The position numbers and the translations under genes are program-made. This document shows, piece by piece, positions 49,601 to 59,830 of a stretch of 64,000 bases of DNA. Origin of the DNA: Eutreptiella sp. 'Long Island Sound 2002'. Lineage: Eukaryota; Protista; Euglenida. Under the pieces are notes generated by a model that saw nothing but the letters and a program-made list of their open reading frames with translations, ran no database searches and had not been told where the DNA came from. Position 1 is the first letter of the stretch, and every line of letters begins with the position of its first letter. Location of the stretch: NCBI GenBank assembly GCA_964036045.1, contig OZ038378.1, forward strand, positions 42,780,001 to 42,844,000, written 5' to 3'.

Positions 49601-50359
49601 GGCTCCGCCGCCCCTGTTGCCACGAAAAGCCGGAAGGCCCCCACGAGCACAACCTGAAGGACTAGGACACTGGGGGCCGCAGCCAGAGTCGCCCACAATG
49701 AGTATGCCCTCTCCGTCGCCCTTATCTCCGAACGTGCCGTCGGACAACACGCTGTGCAACCGCGTGCCCACGTCCACACAACTGGGACGGGGTTCACCCT
49801 CTGCTCCAACACTGCCAGCACCGTCCTCCCCTCCGCCCAACGAGCATCCGACCCCGACCATGGCGCCGGAGGGGGCAATGGTCGATAAACGGGCAGCAAA
49901 ACAGCAACCGGCATAAGGCTAAAGGGCAAAGGGTCCCCCGGAGCGGCATGCCACTATCCCCCCCCCCGCCTCACCCCCCCCCCCCACCTTATACCGCGGG
50001 CAATCCACAAACCAATGCCAGCTGTTCTCAAAATTTTCGCCCACCGCCACACACAGCGTACATGGTTCCAGAGGCCTCTCAGGCACCCAAACCCACAGAC
50101 CCTTGGACCCCACAAAACGCATAAACGCTCCCTCCCTCTCCACCCATCCTGAGACCCGGGATCGCCCTACAAGGTCAAGTGATCCACCCCTGCCCCCATC
50201 CACCTCGGGCATAGGAATTTACGCGCCCGAACCCCTCACCCACATATCTAGTCACTGACCCAATATACAAGGCATAGGAAAGATTGTTGCCAAGCCTCCT
50301 CCATATCTACCACGTCGCCTCCGACGCCATCAACCTGAATCCGTCACACACCTGAATCC

Positions 50360-50760
50360 CTAACAAAAGGTTTCTAATCTAGACACGGGGTCCGCAGGTT
50401 GTAAAAAACTTGGCACAAAACCCAAGTGCACCGCCAACGGATTCCTAAACAAAAATAGGTTAATCCGGCGCAACAACCAATGCTGAACCCACAATCCCTC
50501 TGAAGCCCTCCCCCGCACCCCTTGATAAATGACTCCGCATTGTCCAAAAACAGGGTAACTCCCTTCCACAGCACGTGGCAAGCAAATTTAACCGCTATCC
50601 ATACACCCCATAACTCAGCAATTTGCGGATCCAAGCGTCTACGGCGGTTCTCCAAAGAAATATCCTGCCCCAACCACTCCACGCGTGTCCCCATGCGCCG
50701 TGAGAAAAGCCACACCAACCCTTTACCCAGCCTCCTCCCGGAGCGAATCCCACGCGGCAT
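50360..50760 (-). pseudogene. RNase H of the YR retroelement
   Basis: QIAELWGVWIAVK..VTLFLDN, then frameshifted VHLGFVPSFLQPADPVSR, the typical DIRS-class RNase H ending. Confidence 0.75.
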
Positions 50761-51199
50761 CCATTAATAGGGGGGGGGTACCCCAACACCGGATGGTATC
50801 CCAACCCATAAGGCGCCGGGACCCCACCTAGCCTCCCAAACCCCACTCCGCTTCGCACCCCCCCCCCCCCCAAAGACCACCCCATCGCCCCACCTGCAGG
50901 TCTCCACGGAGGCATCACATGACCAAAGACCTAGGCTATGGCCTCACCCACCCTCGCCAGCAGCCTGTCACAACGCTCCCTGCCCCACACCACCCAGGCC
51001 AGGGGCCCCGCCACAATAGGACCCGAACCCGTACGCGGTTGCATACCCCATTGCTACGATCCCATAAAGGACTACAAGCACCGCTGGGAACACCCTCACA
51101 CTCCGGCGGATCCGTGCCAAGACCGGCTTGGCCAACGAAAATTGGGTGTTAGTGATAAGCCTCCCCCCCCCACACACACACATCAAAAAACTTGCCTAA

Positions 51200-52156
51200 A
51201 CAAATAAGCCAGTCCGTGGGGTCCAAAGTGCTCTTAGGGCTCACAAGGAACCCGGAATCCAGGGTAGGCGAGGCCATCCTTCCCGTCACCCCCCACAAAA
51301 GGCCCCTATCCCTAGCAATCAGAAGAAAGTCATCGAGATTATGAAAAGCAAAGCCTCAGGGGGAATCACATCTCTCACCAACCATCCCAAAAGTTCATGA
51401 CATTTAGCTGGTAAATACTTCCGTCCGAAAGGCAATCTCTTCATATCCCACGGGCTCCAACCAAATCTAAGTCCAAACATCCCCTCATACCCCTAAATGA
51501 GTAAGAATCTCCAAAAAACATTAGACATTTCAACATGTGTCATGCACAAGTCGCCCCCCCCCCTCCTTGTAAACTTGCATCCACTCCCCCAACGCTGTCC
51601 AAGAAGCCAGAATGAAATGGGGGGGGGGGCTCAGGGTCGACTGCGTTGCCAGGGGTGCAGTCCATGATCATTGAAGCTTTCATGTCATTTTAGGGTAAGA
51701 CGAAAGGCATACAATCCGGCCCCCCCACCTCGCCCAGCGGCAACTGCACCTCCATGAAAACCCCCTGTCCCTTCAGTACCTCCAGCATCAACTCAATTTC
51801 AGCACTGGGGTACCCCTTCCCAGTCGGAAGAAACACTCCCCTAAGCCTCGTAGGCCCGCCGGGACAGGCCGATCCCACGGCACGCGGGGAATAGCACAAC
51901 TTCCTATGTCATCCGATCCCTTACACAAAATCTCCTCGGACACGGTGGCCGTCTTTGGCTTGGGGGAGGACCCCAGATGCTCTAGAGACTCAAACGCGTC
52001 CTCTGTCATTTCTCCTAAAACCCGCAAGAAACAGGTAACAATCTCCCCCACCCTCCCGTCCTTGGCCGGCGAGAATATTCGTTCAGCCAGGACCCTGCAC
52101 CGCCCCAAGAGTCTCTTTAACTCGACCCACACCCTACATGCCTCCCACCATGCCAC
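51200..52156 (-). pseudogene. Reverse transcriptase of the YR retroelement
   Basis: PFVLP*NDMKASMIMDC, VEMSNVFW, FGLRFGWSP and FHNLDDFLLIA (51327-51343), in RT order with stops and frameshifts. Confidence 0.75.
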
Positions 52157-53059
52157 CCTCGCGAGTTCGGACCGGCACTAGGCCAGGCCCGGCCACTCTT
52201 GGTCTCTTCGGGTCTCCCCTTCCATCTCAATACCCAACTTCGGACACAACCCCGCACACGACCAACAACGCTCCCCCTGGGACGTCTAACCCGGGGTCCG
52301 CCATCAGCAACTCCCACCGCCGCACTTGCCGTCCTCAGCCTACGCGAACTCCAGCAAGCCATACATTGACGCCTTCCTTTCCCGGGGGTACCACGCACTG
52401 GCAGCAGCTTTGCGCTGCCCCCCCCCCCCCCTCCCCCCGCCGAGGCCGTGGTGTGGTCTCACGCCGACAACGAACCTTCCCATAGCCCAGCCACGCCCCC
52501 CTCGTGCCCGTCCCTCCACCATCACCATCTGATGCCAACGAGACACAGATGGTTTCAACAGCAAGTGGCTGCCCCCTTGTCCCGGCATGGGAAGTCGCAA
52601 GAGGTCCCCCCTTGGGGCCTTCCCCAGCGGAGGAATCCCCCCCCTTGGAGGAAGTGGAACCCTTCGACGTGACCAACTTGTCACTCAGCTTTATAGCTTT
52701 GCCTTTGCCCCTTCCCCTTGCAGGAGCATATGGAACTAGGCGCACGCCCCCCCCCCACACCTTGGGTGCTGTTTTGCGGCGTCTCGCTCGTGAAGGGGGG
52801 AAGGGGGGAGGGGGGCTCCGACGGCGTGCTGTCGTCCAAGTCGGAAGACCCCGCCGATCCGTCGCGGTCGCCGCCTACTGCCGCGCCCTGCACCCCAGCT
52901 TGCGAAGACTGACCTCCGCGTCCATTGGTGCCCAAGGACTACTAGTCTTTGGCGGGGACGAGGGCATTGGAGTCACGATCGGCCCCCCTCTTCCACCTCC
53001 CGCCCCCGAGGTGTTCCGACGCAAATTGCACCCCCATCGAAACCTGGCTGGCCGCCAAT

Positions 53060-53700
53060 TCATTGAACTCCAATGTATCCCCCGCCCAAGGACGGGGGTA
53101 AAAGGAGGTCGCTGAGAACACGCGGGTCTTGAAAATCTGTCGCGTAGCCCATCACCGCACGCCCTTCTTCCCACCGCCCAAAAGAAAGGAACCACGCGCC
53201 TAGTGGCCCCCAAGCCCACACCGCCGCGGCGCCCCCCCTCCTATGCCCATGCCACCGTCCATCCGCCAACTTTGTCCCCTAGAGGAAGCTTGCCAAAGCT
53301 GCTTCAAACACCGGCGGCCCCCAAGGCACCACTTTGTCATCCCCCTCCCACGCTCTAGTGTAATTCCGCACGTAACCTTCCCAAGCCCTTATCCACTCAG
53401 ACCAACGGCGCCAACGGCAACCGATGAACCCCCGCTTAGTGGCCCAGAACCGGAGGGCCTTTTGCCCAGTAACATCCGCCACCCGGATGGAGGCGGCTTC
53501 GCCAACCCGAAGGAAGGCGAACCATGAAAAGCACATGAGCGCCACCATGCCCCCCCCCCCCCCGGTTCATCCGACCCCTTTCTTGCCACTTCCCTGAGTA
53601 CCCACACTTGTGGCTGAGACGCATAGCATAGAAGGTAAAAATTGAATGGAAATTGCTGCTCGTATTGCACAGGATTTTCGAAAATGCCGCCCATGTATGC
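53060..53700 (-). pseudogene. Tyrosine recombinase
   Basis: FSWFAFLRVGEAASIRVAD (R, ~53500), WHGHRRGGA (HxxR, ~53240), FGRW and VMGYA (catalytic Y, ~53145): the R-HxxR-W-Y signature. Confidence 0.85.
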
Positions 53701-54639
53701 TCACCAAATCCGAGTCATGTCGCAGCGTGGATTTCGAAAATTGCAAGCAACATAGCATGGAAAATTTCCTGCAAACATACCCGGGGATCTTGGCCAGAAA
53801 ATCCCCGGGATGCCGCTACCGATATTTTTTGAGCCGCTTTCCCGGCCAAAACTTCCGGGCGTTTTTTTTAGCCGTTTTGACAACTTCCAGTGGCGTTTCA
53901 AAAATCTTTGCGCACCATAGGAGATGATATTCTAACTAGGCAGTGCAAAGACACCTGCAAAAGAAGGGCAAGAAGAAAGTATTTACTTAACTTGAAGCGT
54001 GAACGTTGTACTCTCCTTCACTTAGCTTTCGTACTAAACATGCCTGACTGGACATGGCATCCACATCCACTACCTCCTTTCCAATATGTACAGCCACACG
54101 GCCATACTTCTTGCTTCGGGAACCTTCCGGGTTCCGGGGGAGCTTCTCTTCTGCACCCGGGAGGAGGCGGAGGCCCACCTCCGGGAGGCCTTGAGGGCGG
54201 GGGACGACGGGGATGACGGGGATGACGAGGGGGACGAGGGTGGTGACAAGGGTCAAGGAGGTGACAAGGGGGGTGAGGTGGGGGGTGACAAGGGGGGTGA
54301 GAAGGAAGGGGACACGGGGGGTGAGAAGGGGGGTGCCGGGAGCAAGGATGAGCCCCGGCAACCCCCCAGCACGGAGGAGGGGTAACATGCGTGTCGCGAC
54401 TCGCAAATGGGGGCCGGAGGAGGCAGGGGGGCTCACCGGCCTAATTGGGCTAACCCACCACCAAGTGACCTTCCAAGTGACCTATGAAGTGCGGCAGGGG
54501 GCTAACAGGGTTAACCGGGGGTTGGGAGGGGGGGAACCCGGCGCTCCGATAGTCGAGTCTAGCATCGGGACCCTGTGATTCGCCACGTCTGGCCATGGTA
54601 GCCGGGGCAGGTTCTAATTGAGGAGTGGCGAAGCATTCG

Positions 54640-54725
54640 TATATATCCTTCTAGCGGCGTTCTACCGAACCGTTCTAGCGGCGTTCTAGCTCGCTCGCTA
54701 GAACCTCGCTAGAACAGCTAGAACA
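54640..54725. repeat. Cluster of GTTCTAG/CTAGAAC motifs (same motif as the nearby introns)
   Basis: TTCTAGCGGCGTTCTA repeats followed by inverted GCTAGAAC repeats. Confidence 0.8.
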
Positions 54726-56053
54726 AAATTTTTTTGGACTCCAAAATCAGGTGAAAGCAGTCAAATTGTGAAAAAAAAGGTATGGGCCCCCGAGTATGGA
54801 TAGGGGGGTCCAGGTTAGACACCTCATCTCCCCCCTCCCCCCCCATGCGGGGGGGTACCAAGGGTGGCCCACATAGGGTCTGAAAAGTCGTGCCCAATTT
54901 AAAACATGTGCTGCACTTCGAAAGTCTCTAAAAAAAGAGGCAAAGGAAAACGTGCTGTTGAACCAGCCCCTAACCCTAACCGAAATAGTGCCTCCATTGG
55001 CATTGTACCTCCTTCGGAGGGGAATGATAGTGTAGCCTCATTTCAGGGCCTTGATGTACTTACTACAGAACAACGTGTTCAGCCTCCACAAAAAGCTAAG
55101 CTGATGTGTATCCCCATTGTTGATAGTGACATCGAGCACCAACTCGTGGCACATGGTGGCAACAATAGCAGCAGCAGCATTAGCAGCTGTAGCAGAAACG
55201 GTAGCAGCAGTAGCAGCATCAACAGTAGTAGCCGCAACGGTGACAGTAGTACTCAAGGCCCCTCTGGCCCCGACTCACATAATGGTGGGCAAGACGTATC
55301 TGGGGGCTCTACTACAAGTGCCACCGATTTTGGACTCATCCACGTCATCGGGTAGCAACATAGAAACCCCATGGCCCCTCTTTCTCCCGCTTCCTCTTCT
55401 TCCCCTTCTTCCCCTTCTTCCCCCCCTCCCCCTCCCCATTGGACCACTGCGACACTACCCACCACTCCCCCGGGTCCAACTCCTCATCCCAATCCCCCAA
55501 CACCGTCACTTGGCCGACGGTCCCCCCATTGCCCCCCTCCGCCCAAGGGACATACCGGGTGTCCCCCACACCCGGCACATGCCCATAGGGGTCCCGGCCC
55601 CTATCTTGCAATGGGGGGGCTTGGGGTTTGGGGGGGGGGGGGTGGCTTTGCCCTTACCCTTGGCCTGGGGCTTGGCCTTCGCCTTGGCCTTGCTGGGCTT
55701 GGGGGGGGGGGGGCTCTTCGTCGCTACTCTCGAAGTGGCGGGGTTTTTACTTGGGGGCCTTGGGGGGGCAGGGGCGTCCTGACCCCGTTGGTGCTGCTGC
55801 TGCTGCTACTGCTGGTCTCCTCCGCCCGGTCCTGCACCCTGGCCCAACCCTTGCGCTGCGGGTCCATGCCCCCAGCAGTCCGGCCCGATTCCCACCTACC
55901 CAAACCCTCCAACACCGAGAGGGCCCGATTGGGGTCCGCCCCCATCATCCGGCTCAACGCGGTGACCCCCACGAGGCACGTCCGCCTTTCGCCATCGCGC
56001 CACTCCACACGCACCCCGCGGGGGTCGGCTCCACACCTCTGCACGTTGACAAC

Positions 56054-56207
56054 CTGCCGACAGAAACAAAGGCAGGTGCGTTCTAGCGGCGTTCTAGGCA
56101 ACTGTTCTAGCGGCGTTCTAACGACGTTCTAGCGGCGGCGGCACGGCGGTGGCTAGATCAAGACTAGAACGGTTCGCTACATCAAAGCTAGAAGGCAATC
56201 AGCATAC
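56054..56207 (-). other. GT-AG intron (154 nt), CTAG-rich family
   Basis: ACG|GTATGC donor and TTTGTTTCTGTCGGCAG| acceptor. Splicing joins two ORF fragments in frame. Confidence 0.8.
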
Positions 56208-57462
56208 CGTGCCTTGGCGGTCCAGGGCGGGGGAGATGGCTCCCAGGGCCTTGGCGAAGGCGTCGCGGGCGTTGGGGGGGTGCGGCTGCGGGGGGCCCCC
56301 AGCAGGGGTTGCGGCGGGCTTCGGCTTGGACTTGGGCCAAGAGGCAATGCTATACACCACCCCGGCATACGCCCCCCGGTTCGCCGCCTCGGGGTTGAAA
56401 CCCCCGACGTCCATCAGCGTCAACCAGGTCGGCGTCCAGATCCAGGCCTTCCCCGCATACTCAACCCCCCCTTTTTCCTCTCAGGGGTGTTGATGTTGGT
56501 TTGCGCCAACTCGAACATCTTCACCCCTCTTTTGGGGGGGGCGCGCACCTCCCCCCATCCCTTCCCCGGCCCCGGCAGCTCAGGTTGCCACCCCCAGCAC
56601 ACGTTGACCACCCCTATGCGCAGGGGCCTGTCCAGGTGGACAACCCCCCCCTCGTCCACCCATACCCACCGCCCCGCCCCCAACAGCCGGTGGTGCACCC
56701 GCACCAACAAAAACCGGAGAGTCCAAACCAGAGTCTCCGGGGCGATGAGGAGGGGGGTGTCCAGGTTTGGGGGGTGCAGGCCAGCCCAGATAGCCGGGTG
56801 CCATGGCAGGTCCTGGATGGCCCCCGCACCCCCCCCCCCCCCGCCAGCGTCTCCACCACCACCTTCAGCTCCACCTCCTCCTTCATCATCCCCTCCTCCA
56901 TCTCCTCTGCCTCCACTTCCACCTCCACCACCTCATCCACCTCCTCCTCCTTCACCTTCTCCACCGTCTTGGCCAACTCTCCCTCCATCCACCGCACGCT
57001 GCGATCGAGCGCCTCGATCGCCTCCTCCTTCTCCGCCACCGTGGCCTTCGCCCTGCGGAGAGTGTCTTCTCCATGCACACCCTCTCCGCATCCCCCCCCT
57101 GCCCGCAGGTGGCCAAGTTTGGTCTCTCATTGGGAGACCTTTGCCTCAGCCTTGGCCTTGGCCCCCTTGGAGGCTGCGAGGGAAGCCGAGAGCCCTTTGA
57201 GCCCCCCCCGCACTTCCTCCACCTCCGGGTCCTCCGCCGGGACCGTTCCCTCCGACTTCCCGGCGACCAACAGGGAAGGGGTTGCCAATGGTGGAGGTGG
57301 GGCTTGGGGTTGGGACTGGGGCTTGGCCGTGGGCTTGGCGAGGGGGGGTGCCTTGCCCTTCGGGGCCTGCTCGGCCTTCGGCTCGGCCTCCTCGGCCCGC
57401 GCCTGCTGTGCCTGCTTCCGCGCCTCCACCACCTGCGAAAGCAGCGCTTGGGTCGCCAGATT

Positions 57463-57600
57463 CTGTAGCAAACACAGGAGCGTTCTAGTGGCGTTCTAGG
57501 CAACCGTTCTAGCGGCGTTCTAGCGACCGATCGTGCTGCCTAGATCAAGACTAGAACGATTCCCTAGATGAGCGCTAGAACGCACAACAAGACAATATAC
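57463..57600 (-). other. GT-AG intron (138 nt), CTAG-rich family
   Basis: CAC|GTATAT donor and TGTGTTTGCTACAG| acceptor, phase 0. Internal sequence homologous to 56054-56207. Confidence 0.75.
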
Positions 57601-58699
57601 GTGGCGCAGCAGCTCGTGCATCAACTCCGGCGATGCCATCTTGTTGCTCAATTTTCTGGTTCAGGGAAGCTTGCATGTAGCCCTGGCCCCTCCTTACCTC
57701 CATGGCATCCCTGCCCGAGCTTGGCACTTGTGACCGCGGCCCCCCATGCACAACCCACGACACGTCAAAGTATGCAAACAGCCATGTCATGCACTGTGCT
57801 TGCACATTGGCCTCCCTCTGGATGGCCGACCAGTGACGACCCGACACCTCGTCCACCCCCTCCACCCGACAGGCCCCCCCCGCCGGCTGTTGTGCTCGTT
57901 GTGACCATGCTTCAAAAAGCGGTTCACGCTTTCCGAAATATCAACCCAGTACAGAGCCAGCCTAAATGGCTTAATGTTCTGCAACGGGGTATCTACATCA
58001 TGCTCAAGGCTCAATAAGTACCATGATGTGGTTCCGACAGTACAGTGGCGCCGGAAATCGCGGGCCACAGGCACAGTTCGGTGGGTTAGGGCTCTGATAT
58101 GTACAATAAAGGGCTTGCAGCAGGTCCCACAGGTTCGCGATGGCCTTGTACTTGGCCGTGCTAGGCCTAATGCCGAGGCACCTAGCAACATCCGGCCATG
58201 CGTCAAAAAAGTTGGCCGTCTCTTCCCCGTCCGGGGAAGCTGACCCATAAACGCTCCAACCTGCACGCCTCTCTGATAGGAGAACTTGCACGCCTTGACG
58301 GAGCGCAGGGGTGACCGACCTAGCCTCCCGGTCGACAAACTCCCCCAACAAATGGCCCATGGCCATTGTCAAGTGCAAAATGCACAAGACGACCCACGCA
58401 CGTGGCAATTTCAAAATGCGCTGCGTACTGCAGCCGGTGGCTTGCAAGGAAGGCGTCCCAAGGAGGAAGGCCGTGCAGTTGGCCTCATCACCCTCCATGG
58501 CCCGCCGGATAGCACTACCCTCCCAAGTCGTCGTTTGCGCATTCCATATCCCCTCATTTAACATGGAGCCCACTTGGGGGCAAGTGGACACCCCGATCAC
58601 CCTTCGCGTCGACGGTTGATCCCCCCCAAGGGTCACCTTTGCCTCCTCCTTGGAGGCCCCCCATTGGACCAGCCCCGTGTCGATGATATCGTGACCCAC

Positions 58700-58827
58700 C
58701 TAAACACGAGACATGGGGGGTGGGTAATTTCGTTCTAGTCTAGTCCAATCTAGCTTCTAGCGAGTGGTGTTCGAGGCTGACTAGATCAAAACTAGAAGGA
58801 GCGAAAGGCACTAGGTGAGAGGAGTAC
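58700..58827 (-). other. GT-AG intron (128 nt), CTAG-rich family, inside the transposase
   Basis: GAG|GTACTC donor and GTGTTTAG|GTG acceptor. Splicing gives in-frame WKRNWE|VGHDIIDTG. Confidence 0.8.
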
Positions 58828-59643
58828 CTCCCAATTCCTCTTCCACAACGTCCCAAGGGTTTTCATGGCCTTGTCATCGCAATTGGCCATGCTCAACAGC
58901 CAAAGGCCCGCGGGGCAGCGGGCCAAGCAGTCGGCCAAGGTTGGTCCTTGGCCAAGCAGTTGGCCAAGGAGATGGTGTGTTGGGTCCAATTGCCCCCGGC
59001 CATGGGGTAGGCATCTCCCCGGACGATGAGCGTCAACGGGAAGTTGCGGTTGATTGACCGCACCAAGCCCGGCCTGGAGAGAATGTATGTGACGCATGAG
59101 GCGAAGGGCCATGAGATCCCTGTGGCCTTGGGCAACACCGTGGCAACGGGGTCATCCAATTGCACCGGGGCGACCAACTCCTTCCAACGGGCTTGGAAAG
59201 CCCGCTCGGTACAAATGGGACGGGAGTAGGGGCCAGCGGGGACGGTTCGGTGATACTCCAACTTACGGAGCGTGTAGAGGTCCGAGAGGGCCCCCAGGTC
59301 CTCCACGAGGACTTGGGGGCCCTCATGTTGAGCGATGGTTCACACATGGCGGTGGGGGGGCGGAAGGGAGGCGGTGTATGCCTCAACGGCGGCCTTGCAT
59401 GCCTCACCCGTGGTATGGGTAGAAGTGGCGGTGTTCACATATTGGATGGCGTTGTTGAATTGCCGCCGTGCTAGGGGGCATGATACCGCCCACGTGGCCA
59501 AGTAATGGCCCACCCGCTCATCCTTGAGGTTAGATGCCCCACTCAACTCCCGTAGCGCCTTCGACAAGAGGGAAGTATCCTGCCCGGTTGAGGAGCAAGG
59601 GGGGAAGTGGCGGGGTGTTTCATTGCAAAGAAATGTGCAATAT

Positions 59644-59830
59644 CTAAGCGCGAGAGAAGGAAGCATGGAACAATGAACTACAGACAATAGCAAGCATGCA
59701 CGGCCAAACAATGAAGAAATTGGGACATTTGGGTAGACATTATATCGTTCTAGTATTGAACCAGTCCAGGCTAGAACATCTAGGCTAGAGTGTTCTAGGC
59801 TAGAACAAGATTGGGTCTTCTAGCGTGTAC
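59644..59830 (-). other. Candidate GT-AG intron (187 nt), CTAG-rich
   Basis: GTACAC donor and CTTCCTTCTCTCGCGCTTAG acceptor, phase 2 on both sides. The junction codon now reads TGA, so it is less secure. Confidence 0.5.

Larger units (their letters stand above)
49530..53950 (-). mobile_element. Decayed tyrosine-recombinase retrotransposon, order YR -> spacer ORF -> RT -> RNase H
   Basis: YR, RT and RNase H motifs are co-oriented (see sub-features). Boundaries approximate. Confidence 0.7.
54900..57639 (-). pseudogene. Decayed second gene in tandem with the RAG1-like transposase; product unknown (3' end uncertain)
   Basis: ATG 57639: MASPELMHELLRH|NLATQALLSQVVEARK..., an acidic helical segment, RVHHRLLGAGRWVWVDEGGVVHLDRPLRIG, DRQGT|VVNVQRCG..., and K/P-rich linkers. 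Two phase-0 GT-AG introns. Several stops and frameshifts. Confidence 0.55.

Noticed and set aside
49680-49715. GILIVGDSG as an SGNH hydrolase start (Ngaro-like)
   Set aside because: No further SGNH blocks seen, and an overlapping frame looks equally protein-like.
54086-54385. Acidic Gly/Asp-rich plus-strand ORF as a gene
   Set aside because: Mostly low-complexity repeat with no start or splice context; cannot be assigned.
54968-54981. Telomere-like CCCTAACCCTAACC (also TTAGGG pairs at ~35051 and ~44544)
   Set aside because: Only about two units each; consistent with chance.
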